From NCBI RefSeq assembly GCF_009914755.1, contig NC_060942.1: a stretch of 64,000 bases of DNA; one strand, 5' to 3'. The position numbers and the translations under genes are program-made. Below are positions 12,553-27,000 of this stretch, in pieces. Numbering within the stretch: position 1 is the stretch's first letter; every line of letters starts with the position of its first letter. The notes beneath the pieces are model-generated. The model did no database searches and had not been told where the DNA came from. It worked only from the letters and a program-made list of their open reading frames with translations. The DNA comes from the human T2T-CHM13v2.0 reference genome, Homo sapiens.

Positions 12553-14929
12553 CAGTTTTGAAATGCTCTTTTTGTGGAATCTGCAAGTGGATATTTGGCT
12601 AGTTTTGAGGATTTCGTTGGAAGCGGGAATTCATACAAATTGCAGACTGCAGCGTTCTGAGAAACATCTTTGTGATGTTTGTATTCAGGACAGAGAGTTG
12701 AACATTCCCTATCATAGAGCAGGTTGGAATCACTCCTTTTGTAGTATCTGGAAGTGGACATTTGGAGCGCTTTCAGGCCTATGTTGAAAAAGGAAATATC
12801 TTCCCATAACAACTAGACACAAGCATTCTCAGAAACTTGTTTGTGATGTGTGCCCTCTAGTGACAGAGTTGAACCTTTCTTTTCAAAGAGCAGTTTTGAA
12901 ACACTCTTTTTGTAGAATCTGCAAGAGGATATTTGCATAGCTTTGAGGATTTCGTGGGAAACGGGATTGTCTTCAGGTAAAATCTAGACAGAAGCATTCT
13001 CAGAAACTTCTTTAGGATGTTTGCATTCAAGTCACAGAGTAGAACATTCCCTTTGGTAGAGCAGGTTTGAAACACTCTTTTTGTAGTATCTGGAAGTGGA
13101 CATTTGGAGCGCTTTCAGGCCTATGTTGGAAAGGGAAATATCTTCCCGTAACAACTAGGCAGAAGCATTCTCAGAAACTTATTTGAGATGTGTGTACTCA
13201 ACTAAGAGAATTGAACCACAGTTTTGAAGGAGCAGTTTTGAAACACTCTTTTTCTGGAATCTGCAAGAGGATATTTGCCTAGCCTTGAGGATTTCGTTGG
13301 AAACGGGATTGTCTTCAGATCAAATCTAGACAGAAGCATTCTCAGAAACTTCTTTGGGATGTTTGCATTCAAGTCACAGAGTAGAACATTCCCTTTGGTA
13401 GAGCAGGTTTGAAACACTCTTTTTGTAGTATCTGGAAGTGGACATTTGGAGCGCTTTCAGGCCTATGTTGGAAAGGGAAATATCTTCCCGTAACAACTAG
13501 GCAGAAGCATTCTCAGAAACTTATTTGAGATGTGTGTACTCAACTAAGAGAATTGAACCACCGTTTTGAAGGAGCAGTTTTGAAACACTCTTTTTCTGGA
13601 ATCTGCAAGAGGATATTTGCCTAGCCTTGAGGATTTCGTTGGAAACGGGATTGTCTTCAGATCAAATCTAGACAGAAGCATTTTCAGAAACTTCTTTGGG
13701 ATGTTTGCATTCAAGTCACAGAGTAGAACATTCCCTTTGGTAGAGCAGGTTTGAAACACTCTTTTTTTAGTATATGGAAGTGGACATTTGGAGCGCTTTC
13801 AGGCCTACGTTGGAAAAGGAAATATCTTCCCATAACAACTAGACAGAAGCATTCTCAGAAACTAGTTTCTGATGTGTGTCCTCAACTAACACAGTTGAAC
13901 ATTTCTTTAGACAGAACACTTTTGAAACTCTCTTTTTGTGGAATCTGCAAGTGGCTATTTGGCTAGATTTGAGGATTTCGTTGGAAACGGGATTACATAT
14001 AAAAAGCAGACAGCAGCATTCTCAGAAAGTTCTTTGTGATGATTGCATTCAAGTCACAGAATTGAACATTCCCTTTCACAGAGCAGGTTTGAAACACTCT
14101 TTTTGTAGTGTGTGTAAGTGGACATTTGGAGCACTTTCCGGCCTAAGGTGAAAAAGGAAATATCTTCCCATAAAAACTAGACAGAAGCATTCTCAGAAAC
14201 TTACTCGTGATGTGTGTCCTCAACTAAAGGAGTAGAACCTTTGTTTACATAGAGAAGTTTTGAAACGCTCTTTTTGTGGAATCTGCAAGTGGATATTTGT
14301 CTAGTTTTGAGGATTTCGTTGGAAGCGGGAATTCATACAAATTGCAGACTGCAGCGTTCTGAGAAACATCTTTGTGATGTTTGTATTCAGGACACAGAGT
14401 TGAACATTCCCTATCATAGAGCAGGTTGGAATCACTCCTTTTGTAGTATCTGGAAGTGGACATTTGGAGCGCTTTCAGGCCTATGTTGGAAAAGGAAATA
14501 TCTTCCCATAACAACTAGACAGAAGCATTCTCAGAAACTTATTTGAGATGTGTGTACTCAACTAAGAGAATTGAACCACCGTTTTGAAGGAGCAGTTTTG
14601 AAACACTCTTTTTCTGGAATCTGCAAGTGGATATTTAGCTAGCTTTGGGGATTTCGCTGGAAGCGGGAATACATATAAAAAGCACACAGCAGCGTTCTGA
14701 GAAACTGCTTTCTGATGTTTGCATTCAAGTCAAAAGTTGAACACTCCCTTTCATAGAGCAGTCCTGAAACACTCCTTTTGTAGTATCTGGAACTGGACTT
14801 TTGGAGCGCTTTCAGGGCTAAGGTGAAAAAGGAAATATCTTCCCATAAAAACTGGACAGAAGCATTCTCAGAAACTTGTTTATGCTGTATCTACTCAACT
14901 AACAAAGTTGAACCTTTCTTTTGATAGAG
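12553..14929 (+). repeat. 14-mer HOR variant ABCCDEF (2,377 bp)
   Basis: Anchor spacing 12563->14940. C-dimer ORFs at 13202 and 13544, 342 bp apart. Confidence 0.95.
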
Positions 14930-17306
14930 CAGTTTTGAAATGCTCTTTTTGTGGAATCTGCAAGTGGATATTTGGCTAGTTTTGAGGATTTCGCTGGAAG
15001 CGGGAATTCATACAAATTGCAGACTGCAGCGTTCTGAGAAACATCTTTGTGATGTTTGTATTCAGGACAGAGAGTTGAACATTCCCTATCATAGAGCAGG
15101 TTGGAATCACTCCTTTTGTAGTATCTGGAAGTGGACATTTGGAGCGCTTTCAGGCCTATGTTGAAAAAGGAAATATCTTCCCATAACAACTAGACACAAG
15201 CATTCTCAGAAACTTGTTTGTGATGTGTGCCCTCTAGTGACAGAGTTGAACCTTTCTTTTCATAGAGCAGTTTTGAAACACTCTTTTTGTAGAATCTGCA
15301 AGAGGATATTTGCATAGCTTTGAGGATTTCGTGGGAAACGGGATTGTCTTCAGGTAAAATCTAGACAGAAGCATTCTCAGAAACTTCCTTGGGATGTTTG
15401 CATTCAAGTCACAGAGTAGAACATTCCCTTTGGTAGAGCAGGTTTGAAACACTCTTTTTGTAGTATCTGGAAGTGGACATTTGGAGCGCTTTCAGGCCTA
15501 TGTTGGAAAGGGAAATATCTTCCCGTAACAACTATGCAGAAGCATTCTCAGAAACTTATTTGAGATGTGTGTACTCAACTAAGAGAATTGAACCACCGTT
15601 TTGAAGGAGCAGTATTGAAACACTCTTTTTCTGGAATCTGCAAGAGGATATTTGCCTAGACTTGAGGATTTCGTTGGAAACGGGATTGTCTTCAGATCAA
15701 ATCTAGACAGAAGCATTCTCAGAAACTTCTTTGGGATGTTTGCATTCAAGTCACAGAGTAGAACATTCCCTTTGGTAGAGCAGGTTTGAAACACTCTTTT
15801 TGTAGTATCTGGAAGTGGACATTTGGAGTGCTTTCAGGCCTATGTTGGAATGGGAAATATCTTCCCGTAACAACTAGGCAGAAGCATTCTCAGAAACTTA
15901 TTTGAGATGTGTGTACTCAACTAAGAGAATTGAACCACCGTTTTGAAGGAGCAGTTTTGAAACACTCTTTTTCTGGAATCTGCAAGAGGATATTTGCCTA
16001 GCCTTGAGGATTTCGTTGGAAACGGGATTGTCTTCAGATCAAATCTAGACAGAAGCATTCTCAGAAACTTCTTTCGGATGTTTGCATTCAAGTCACAGAG
16101 TAGAACATTCCCTTTGGTAGAGCAGGTTTGAAACACTCTTTTTTTAGTATATGGAAGTGGACATTTGGAGCGCTTTCAGGTCTACGTTGGAAAAGGAAAT
16201 ATCTTCCCATAACAACTAGACAGAAGCATTCTCAGAAACTAGTTTCTGATGTGTGTCCTCAACTAACACAGTTGAACATTTCTTTAGACAGAACAGTTTT
16301 GAAACACTCTTTTTGTGGAATCTGCAAGTGGCTATTTGGCTAGATTTGAGGATTTCGTTGGAAACGGGATTACATATAAAAAGCAGACAGCAGCATTCTC
16401 AGAAAGTTCTTTGTGATGATTGCATTCAAGTCACAGAATTGAACATTCCCTTTCACAGAGCAGGTTTGAAACACACTTTTTGTAGTGTGTGTAAGTGGAC
16501 ATTTGGAGCACTTTCCGGCCTAAGGTGAAAAAGGAAATATCTTCCCATAAAAACTAGACAGAAGCACTCTCAGAAACTTACTCGTGATGTGTGTCCTCAA
16601 CTAAAGGAGTAGAACCTTTCTTTTCATAGAGAAGTTTTGAAACGCTCTTTTTGTGGAATCTGCAAGTGGATATTTGGCTAGTTTTGAGGATTTCGTTGGA
16701 AGCGGGAATTCATACAAATTGCAGACTGCAGCGTTCTGAGAAACATCTTTGTGATGTTTGTATTCAGGACACAGAGTTGAACATTCCCTATCATAGAGCA
16801 GGTTTGAATCACTCCTTTTGTAGTATCTGGAAGTGGACATTTGGAGCGCTTTCAGGCCTATGTTGGAAAAGGAAATATCTTCCCATAACAACTAGACAGA
16901 AGCATTCTCAGAAACTTATTTGAGATGTGTGTACTCAACTAAGAGAATTGAACCACCGTTTTGAAGGAGCAGTTTTGAAACACTCTTTTTCTGGAATCTG
17001 CAAGTGGATATTTGGCTAGCTTTGGGGATTTCGCTGGAAGCGGGAATACATATAAAAAGCACACAGCAGCGTTCTGAGAAACTGCTTTCTGATGTTTGCA
17101 TTCAAGTCAAAAGTTGAACACTCCCTTTCATAGAGCAGTCCTGAAACACTCCTTTTGTAGTATCTGGAACTGGACTTTTGGAGCGCTTTCAGGGCTAAGG
17201 TGAAAAAGGAAATATCTTCCCATAAAAACTGGACAGAAGCATACTCAGAAACTTGTTTATGCTGTATCTACTCAACTAACAAAGTTGAACCTTTCTTTTG
17301 ATAGAG
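14930..17306 (+). repeat. 14-mer HOR variant ABCCDEF (2,377 bp)
   Basis: Anchor spacing 14940->17317. C-dimer ORFs at 15579 and 15921. Confidence 0.95.
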
Positions 17307-20300
17307 CAGTTTTGAAATGCTCTTTTTGTGGAATCTGCAAGTGGATATTTGGCTAGTTTTGAGGATTTCGTTGGAAGCGGGAATTCATACAAATTGCAGA
17401 CTGCAGCGTTCTGAGAAACATCTTTGTGATGTTTGTATTCAGGACACAGAGTGGAACATTCCCTATCATAGAGCAGGTTGGAATCACTCCTTTTGTAGTA
17501 TCTGGAAGTGGACATTTGGAGCGCTTTCAGGCCTATGTTGAAAAAGGAAATATCTTCCCATAACAACTAGACACAAGCATTCTCAGAAACTTGTTTGTGA
17601 TGTGTGCCCTCTACTGACAGAGTTGAACCTTTCTTTTCATAGAGCAGTTTTGAAACACTCTTTTTGTAGAATCTGCAAGAGGATATTTGCATAGCTTTGA
17701 GGATTTCGTGGGAAACGGGATTGTCTTCAGGTAAAATCTAGACAGAAGCATTCTCAGAAACTTCTTTGGGATGTTTGCATTCAAGTCACAGAGTAGAATA
17801 TTCCCTTTGGTAGAGCAGGTTTGAAACACTCTTTTTATAGTATCTGGAAGTGGACATTTGGAGCCCTTTCAGGCCTATGTTGGAAAGGGAAATATCTTCC
17901 CGTAACAACTAGGCAGAAGCATTCTCAGAAACTTATTTGAGATGTGTGTACTCAACTAAGAGAATTGAACCACCGTTTTGAAGGAGCAGTTTTGAAACAC
18001 TCTTTTTCTGGAATCTGCAAGAGGATATTTGCCTAGCTTTGAGGATTTCGTTGGAAACGGGATTGTCTTCAGATCAAATCTAGACAGAAGCATTCTCAGA
18101 AACTTCTTTGGGATGTTTGCATTCAAGTCACAGAGTAGAACATTCCCTTTGGTAGAGCAGGTTTGAAACACTCTTTTTTTAGTATATGGAAGTGGACATT
18201 TGGAGCGCTTTCAGGCCTACGTTGGAAAAGGAAATATCTTCCCATAACAATTAGACAGAAGCATTCTCAGAAACTAGTTTCTGATGTGTGTCCTCAACTA
18301 ACACAGTTGAACATTTCTTTAGACAGAACAGTTTTGAAACTCTATTTTTGTGGAATCTGCAAGTGGCTATTTGGCTAGATTTGAGGATTTCGTTGGAAAC
18401 GGGATTACATATAAAAAGCAGACAGCAGCATTCTCAGAACGTTCTTTGTGATGATTGCATTCAAGTCACAGAATTGAACATTCCCTTTCACAGAGCAGGT
18501 TTGAAACACTCTTTTTGTAGTGTGTGTAAGTGGACATTTGGAGCACTTTCCGGCCTAAGGTGAAAAAGGAAATATCTTCCCATAAAAACTAGACAGAAGC
18601 ATTCTCAGAAACTTACTCGTGATGTGTGTCCTCAACTAAAGGAGTAGAACCTTTCTTTTCATAGAGAAGTTTTGAAACGCTCTTTTTGTGGAATCTGCAA
18701 GTGGATATTTGGCTAGTTTTGAGGATTTCGTTGGAAGCGGGAATTCATACAAATTGCAGACTGCAGCTTTCTGAGAAACATCTTTGTGATGTTTGTATTC
18801 AGGACACAGAGTTGAACATTCCCTATCATAGAGCAGGTTTGAATCACTCCTTTTGTAGTATCTGGAAGTGGACATTTGGAGCGCTTTCAAGCCTATGTTG
18901 GAAAAGGAAATATCTTCCCATAACAACTAGACAGAAGCATTCTCAGAAACTTATTTGAGATGTGTGTACTCAACTAAGAGAATTGAACCACCGTTTTGAA
19001 GGAGCAGTTTTGAAACACTCTTTTTCTGGAATCTGCAAGTGGATATTTGGCTAGCTTTGGGGATTTCGCTGGAAGCGGGAATACATATAAAAAGCCCACA
19101 GCAGCGTTCTGAGAAACTGCTTTCTGATGTTTGCATTCAAGTCAAAAGTTGAACACTCCCTTTCATAGTGCAGTCCTGAAACACTCCTTTTGTAGTATCT
19201 GGAACTGGACTTTTGGAGCGCTTTCAGGGCTAAGGTGAAAAAGGAAATATCTTCCCATAAAAACTGGACAGAAGCATTCTCAGAAACTTGTTTATGCTGT
19301 ATCTACTCAACTAACAAAGTTGAACCTTTCTTTTGATAGAGCAGTTTTGAAATGCTCTTTTTGTGGAATCTGCAAGTGGATATTTGGCTAGTTTTGAGGA
19401 TTTCGTTGGAAGCGGGAATTCATACAAATTGCAGACTGCAGCGTTCTGAGAAACATCTTTGTGATGTTTGTATTCAGGACAGAGAGTTGAACATTCCCTA
19501 TCATAGAGCAGGTTGGAATCACTCCTTTTGTAGTATCTGGAAGTGGACATTTGGAGCGCTTTCAGGCCTATGTTGAAAAAGGAAATATCTTCCCATAACA
19601 ACTAGACACAAGCATTCTCAGAAACTTGTTTGTGATGTGTGCCCTCTACTGACAGAGTTGAACCTTTCTTTTCATAGAGCAGTTTTGAAACACTCTTTTT
19701 GTAGAATCTGCAAGAGGATATTTGCATAGCTTTGAGGATTTCGTGGGAAACGGGATTGTCTTCAGGTAAAATCTAGACAGAAGCATTCTCAGAAACTTCT
19801 TTGGGATGTTTGCATTCAAGTCACAGAGTAGAACATTCCCTTTGGTAGAGCAGGTTTGAAACACTCTTTTTATAGTATCTGGAAGTGGACATTTGGAGCG
19901 CTTTCAGGCCTATGTTGGAAAGGGAAATATCTTCCCGTAACAACTAGGCAGAAGCATTCTCAGAAACTTATTTGAGATGTGTGTACTCAACTAAGAGAAT
20001 TGAACCACCGTTTTGAAGGAGCAGTTTTGAAACACTCTTTTTCTGGAATCTGCAAGAGGATATTTGCCTAGCTTTGAGGATTTCGTTGGAAACGGGATTG
20101 TCTTCAGATCAAATCTAGACAGAAGCATTCTCAGAAACTTCTTTGGGATGTTTGCATTCAAGTCACAGAGTAGAACATTCCCTTTGGTAGAGCAGGTTTG
20201 AAACACTCTTTTTTTAGTATATGGAAGTGGACATTTGGAGCGCTTTCAGGCCTACGTTGGAAAAGGAAATATCTTCCCATAACAATTAGACAGAAGCATT

Positions 20301-21376
20301 CTCAGAAACTAGTTTCTGATGTGTGTCCTCAACTAACACAGTTGAACATTTCTTTAGACAGAACAGTTTTGAAACTCTCTTTTTGTGGAATCTGCAAGTG
20401 GCTATTTGGCTAGATTTGAGGATTTCGTTGGAAACGGGATTACATATAAAAAGCAGACAGCAGCATTCTCAGAACGTTCTTTGTGATGATTGCATTCAAG
20501 TCACAGAATTGAACATTCCCTTTCACAGAGCAGGTTTGAAACACTCTTTTTGTAGTGTGTGTAAGTGGACATTTGGAGCACTTTCCGGCCTAAGGTGAAA
20601 AAGGAAATATCTTCCCATAAAAACTAGACAGAAGCATTCTCAGAAACTTACTCGTGATGTGTGTCCTCAACTAAAGGAGTAGAACCTTTCTTTTCATAGA
20701 GAAGTTTTGAAACGCTCTTTTTGTGGAATCTGCAAGTGGATATTTGGCTAGTTTGGAGGATTTCGTTGGAAGCGGGAATTCATACAAATTGCAGACTGCA
20801 GCTTTCTGAGAAACATCTTTGTGATGTTTGTATTCAGGACACAGAGTTGAACATTCCCTATCATAGAGCAGGTTTGAATCACTCCTTTTGTAGTATCTGG
20901 AAGTGGACATTTGGAGCGCTTTCAAGCCTATGTTGGAAAAGGAAATATCTTCCCATAACAACTAGACAGAAGCATTCTCAGAAACTTATTTGAGATGTGT
21001 GTACTCAACTAAGAGAATTGAACCACCGTTTTGAAGGAGCAGTTTTGAAACACTCTTTTTCTGGAATCTGCAAGTGGATATTTGGCTAGCTTTGGGGATT
21101 TCGCTGGAAGCGGGAATACATATAAAAAGCCCACAGCAGCGTTCTGAGAAACTGCTTTCTGATGTTTGCATTCAAGTCAAAAGTTGAACACTCCCTTTCA
21201 TAGTGCAGTCCTGAAACACTCCTTTTGTAGTATCTGGAACTGGACTTTTGGAGCGCTTTCAGGGCTAAGGTGAAAAAGGAAATATCTTCCCATAAAAACT
21301 GGACAGAAGCATTCTCAGAAACTTGTTTATGCTGTATCTACTCAACTAACAAAGTTGAACCTTTCTTTTGATAGAG

Positions 21377-24095
21377 CAGTTTTGAAATGCTCTTTTTGTG
21401 GAATCTGCAAGTGGATATTTGGCTAGTTTTGAGGATTTCGTTGGAAGCGGGAATTCATACAAATTGCAGACTGCAGCGTTCTGAGAAACATCTTTGTGAT
21501 GTTTGTATTCAGGACAGAGAGTTGAACATTCCCTATCATAGAGCAGGTTGGAATCACTCCTTTTGTAGTATCTGGAAGTGGACATTTGGAGCGCTTTCAG
21601 GCCTATGTTGAAAAAGGAAATATCTTCCCATAACAACTAGACACAAGCATTCTCAGAAACTTGTTTGTGATGTGTGCCCTCTACTGACAGAGTTGAACCT
21701 TTCTTTTCATAGAGCAGTTTTGAAACACTCTTTTTGTAGAATCTGCAAGAGGATATTTGCATAGCTTTGAGGATTTCGTGGGAAACGGGATTGTCTTCAG
21801 GTAAAATCTAGACAGAAGCATTCTCAGAAACTTCTTTGGGATGTTTGCATTCAAGTCACAGAGTAGAACATTCCCTTTGGTAGAGCAGGTTTGAAACACT
21901 CTTTTTGTAGTATCTGGAAGTGGACATTTGGAGCGCTTTCAGGCCTATGTTGGAAAGGGAAATATCTTCCCGTAACAACTAGGCAGAAGCATTCTCAGAA
22001 ACTTATTTGAGATGTGTGTACTCAACTAAGAGAATTGAACCACCGTTTTGAAGGAGCAGTTTTGAAACACTCTTTTTCTGGAATCTGCAAGAGGATATTT
22101 GCCTAGACTTGAGGATTTCGTTGGAAACGGGATTGTCTTCAGATCAAATCTAGACAGAAGCATTCTCAGAAACTTCTTTGGGATGTTTGCATTCAAGTCA
22201 CAGAGTAGAACATTCCCTTTGGTAGAGCAGGTTTGAAACACTCTTTTTGTAGTATCTGGAAGTGGACATTTGGAGTGCTTTCAGGCCTATGTTGGAATGG
22301 GAAATATCTTCCCGTAACAACTAGGCAGAAGCATTCTCAGAAACTTATTTGAGATGTGTGTACTCAACTAAGAGAATTGAACCACCGTTTTGAAGGAGCA
22401 GTTTTGAAACACTCTTTTTCTGGAATCTGCAAGAGGATATTTGCCTAGCCTTGAGGATTTCGTTGGAAACGGGATTGTCTTCAGATCAAATCTAGACAGA
22501 AGCATTCTCAGAAACTTCTTTGGGATGTTTGCATTCAAGTCACAGAGTAGAACATTCCCTTTGGTAGAGCAGGTTTGAAACACTCTTTTTGTAGTATCTG
22601 GAAGTGGACATTTGGAGTGCTTTCAGGCCTATGTTGGAATGGGAAATATCTTCCCGTAACAACTAGGCAGAAGCATTCTCAGAAACTTATTTGAGATGTG
22701 TGTACTCAACTAAGAGAATTGAACCACCGTTTTGAAGGAGCAGTTTTGAAACACTCTTTTTCTGGAATCTGCAAGAGGATATTTGCCTAGCCTTGAGGAT
22801 TTCGTTGGAAACGGGATTGTCTTCAGATCAAATCTAGACAGAAGCATTCTCAGAAACTTCTTTCGGATGTTTGCATTCAAGTCACAGAGTAGAACATTCC
22901 CTTTGGTAGAGCAGGTTTGAAACACTCTTTTTTTAGTATATGGAAGTGGACATTTGGAGCGCTTTCAGGTCTACGTTGGAAAAGGAAATATCTTCCCATA
23001 ACAACTAGACAGAAGCATTCTCAGAAACTAGTTTCTGATGTGTGTCCTCAACTAACACAGTTGAACATTTCTTTAGACAGAACAGTTTTGAAACACTCTT
23101 TTTGTGGAATCTGCAAGTGGCTATTTGGCTAGATTTGAGGATTTCGTTGGAAACGGGATTACATATAAAAAGCAGACAGCAGCATTCTCAGAAAGTTCTT
23201 TGTGATGATTGCATTCAAGTCACAGAATTGAACATTCCCTTTCACAGAGCAGGTTTGAAACACACTTTTTGTAGTGTGTGTAAGTGGACATTTGGAGCAC
23301 TTTCCGGCCTAAGGTGAAAAAGGAAATATCTTCCCATAAAAACTAGACAGAAGCACTCTCAGAAACTTACTCGTGATGTGTGTCCTCAACTAAAGGAGTA
23401 GAACCTTTCTTTTCATAGAGAAGTTTTGAAACGCTCTTTTTGTGGAATCTGCAAGTGGATATTTGGCTAGTTTTGAGGATTTCGTTGGAAGCGGGAATTC
23501 ATACAAATTGCAGACTGCAGCGTTCTGAGAAACATCTTTGTGATGTTTGTATTCAGGACACAGAGTTGAACATTCCCTATCATAGAGCAGGTTTGAATCA
23601 CTCCTTTTGTAGTATCTGGAAGTGGACATTTGGAGCGCTTTCAGGCCTATGTTGGAAAAGGAAATATCTTCCCATAACAACTAGACAGAAGCATTCTCAG
23701 AAACTTATTTGAGATGTGTGTACTCAACTAAGAGAATTGAACCACCGTTTTGAAGGAGCAGTTTTGAAACACTCTTTTTCTGGAATCTGCAAGTGGATAT
23801 TTGGCTAGCTTTGGGGATTTCGCTGGAAGCGGGAATACATATAAAAAGCACACAGCAGCGTTCTGAGAAACTGCTTTCTGATGTTTGCATTCAAGTCAAA
23901 AGTTGAACACTCCCTTTCATAGAGCAGTCCTGAAACACTCCTTTTGTAGTATCTGGAACTGGACTTTTGGAGCGCTTTCAGGGCTAAGGTGAAAAAGGAA
24001 ATATCTTCCCATAAAAACTGGACAGAAGCATACTCAGAAACTTGTTTATGCTGTATCTACTCAACTAACAAAGTTGAACCTTTCTTTTGATAGAG
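21377..24095 (+). repeat. 16-mer HOR variant ABCCCDEF (2,719 bp; two extra C dimers)
   Basis: Anchor spacing 21387->24106 = 2,035 + 684. C-dimer ORFs at 22026, 22368 and 22710. Confidence 0.95.
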
Positions 24096-27000
24096 CAGTT
24101 TTGAAATGCTCTTTTTGTGGAATCTGCAAGTGGATATTTGGCTAGTTTTGAGGATTTCGTTGGAAGCGGGAATTCATACAAATTGCAGACTGCAGCGTTC
24201 TGAGAAACATCTTTGTGATGTTTGTATTCAGGACACAGAGTGGAACATTCCCTATCATAGAGCAGGTTGGAATCACTCCTTTTGTAGTATCTGGAAGTGG
24301 ACATTTGGAGCGCTTTCAGGCCTATGTTGAAAAAGGAAATATCTTCCCATAACAACTAGACACAAGCATTCTCAGAAACTTGTTTGTGATGTGTGCCCTC
24401 TACTGACAGAGTTGAACCTTTCTTTTCATAGAGCAGTTTTGAAACACTCTTTTTGTAGAATCTGCAAGAGGATATTTGCATAGCTTTGAGGATTTCGTGG
24501 GAAACGGGATTGTCTTCAGGTAAAATCTAGACAGAAGCATTCTCAGAAACTTCTTTGGGATGTTTGCATTCAAGTCACAGAGTAGAATATTCCCTTTGGT
24601 AGAGCAGGTTTGAAACACTCTTTTTATAGTATCTGGAAGTGGACATTTGGAGCCCTTTCAGGCCTATGTTGGAAAGGGAAATATCTTCCCGTAACAACTA
24701 GGCAGAAGCATTCTCAGAAACTTATTTGAGATGTGTGTACTCAACTAAGAGAATTGAACCACCGTTTTGAAGGAGCAGTTTTGAAACACTCTTTTTCTGG
24801 AATCTGCAAGAGGATATTTGCCTAGCTTTGAGGATTTCGTTGGAAACGGGATTGTCTTCAGATCAAATCTAGACAGAAGCATTCTCAGAAACTTCTTTGG
24901 GATGTTTGCATTCAAGTCACAGAGTAGAACATTCCCTTTGGTAGAGCAGGTTTGAAACACTCTTTTTTTAGTATATGGAAGTGGACATTTGGAGCGCTTT
25001 CAGGCCTACGTTGGAAAAGGAAATATCTTCCCATAACAATTAGACAGAAGCATTCTCAGAAACTAGTTTCTGATGTGTGTCCTCAACTAACACAGTTGAA
25101 CATTTCTTTAGACAGAACAGTTTTGAAACTCTATTTTTGTGGAATCTGCAAGTGGCTATTTGGCTAGATTTGAGGATTTCGTTGGAAACGGGATTACATA
25201 TAAAAAGCAGACAGCAGCATTCTCAGAACGTTCTTTGTGATGATTGCATTCAAGTCACAGAATTGAACATTCCCTTTCACAGAGCAGGTTTGAAACACTC
25301 TTTTTGTAGTGTGTGTAAGTGGACATTTGGAGCACTTTCCGGCCTAAGGTGAAAAAGGAAATATCTTCCCATAAAAACTAGACAGAAGCATTCTCAGAAA
25401 CTTACTCGTGATGTGTGTCCTCAACTAAAGGAGTAGAACCTTTCTTTTCATAGAGAAGTTTTGAAACGCTCTTTTTGTGGAATCTGCAAGTGGATATTTG
25501 GCTAGTTTTGAGGATTTCGTTGGAAGCGGGAATTCATACAAATTGCAGACTGCAGCTTTCTGAGAAACATCTTTGTGATGTTTGTATTCAGGACACAGAG
25601 TTGAACATTCCCTATCATAGAGCAGGTTTGAATCACTCCTTTTGTAGTATCTGGAAGTGGACATTTGGAGCGCTTTCAAGCCTATGTTGGAAAAGGAAAT
25701 ATCTTCCCATAACAACTAGACAGAAGCATTCTCAGAAACTTATTTGAGATGTGTGTACTCAACTAAGAGAATTGAACCACCGTTTTGAAGGAGCAGTTTT
25801 GAAACACTCTTTTTCTGGAATCTGCAAGTGGATATTTGGCTAGCTTTGCGGATTTCGCTGGAAGCGGGAATACATATAAAAAGCCCACAGCAGCGTTCTG
25901 AGAAACTGCTTTCTGATGTTTGCATTCAAGTCAAAAGTTGAACACTCCCTTTCATAGTGCAGTCCTGAAACACTCCTTTTGTAGTATCTGGAACTGGACT
26001 TTTGGAGCGCTTTCAGGGCTAAGGTGAAAAAGGAAATATCTTCCCATAAAAACTGGACAGAAGCATTCTCAGAAACTTGTTTATGCTGTATCTACTCAAC
26101 TAACAAAGTTGAACCTTTCTTTTGATAGAGCAGTTTTGAAATGCTCTTTTTGTGGAATCTGCAAGTGGATATTTGGCTAGTTTTGAGGATTTCGTTGGAA
26201 GCGGGAATTCATACAAATTGCAGACTGCAGCGTTCTGAGAAACATCTTTGTGATGTTTGTATTCAGGACAGAGAGTTGAACATTCCCTATCATAGAGCAG
26301 GTTGGAATCACTCCTTTTGTAGTATCTGGAAGTGGACATTTGGAGCGCTTTCAGGCCTATGTTGAAAAAGGAAATATCTTCCCATAACAACTAGACACAA
26401 GCATTCTCAGAAACTTGTTTGTGATGTGTGCCCTCTACTGACAGAGTTGAACCTTTCTTTTCATAGAGCAGTTTTGAAACACTCTTTTTGTAGAATCTGC
26501 AAGAGGATATTTGCATAGCTTTGAGGATTTCGTGGGAAACGGGATTGTCTTCAGGTAAAATCTAGACAGAAGCATTCTCAGAAACTTCTTTGGGATGTTT
26601 GCATTCAAGTCACAGAGTAGAACATTCCCTTTGGTAGAGCAGGTTTGAAACACTCTTTTTATAGTATCTGGAAGTGGACATTTGGAGCGCTTTCAGGCCT
26701 ATGTTGGAAAGGGAAATATCTTCCCGTAACAACTAGGCAGAAGCATTCTCAGAAACTTATTTGAGATGTGTGTACTCAACTAAGAGAATTGAACCACCGT
26801 TTTGAAGGAGCAGTTTTGAAACACTCTTTTTCTGGAATCTGCAAGAGGATATTTGCCTAGCTTTGAGGATTTCGTTGGAAACGGGATTGTCTTCAGATCA
26901 AATCTAGACAGAAGCATTCTCAGAAACTTCTTTGGGATGTTTGCATTCAAGTCACAGAGTAGAACATTCCCTTTGGTAGAGCAGGTTTGAAACACTCTTT

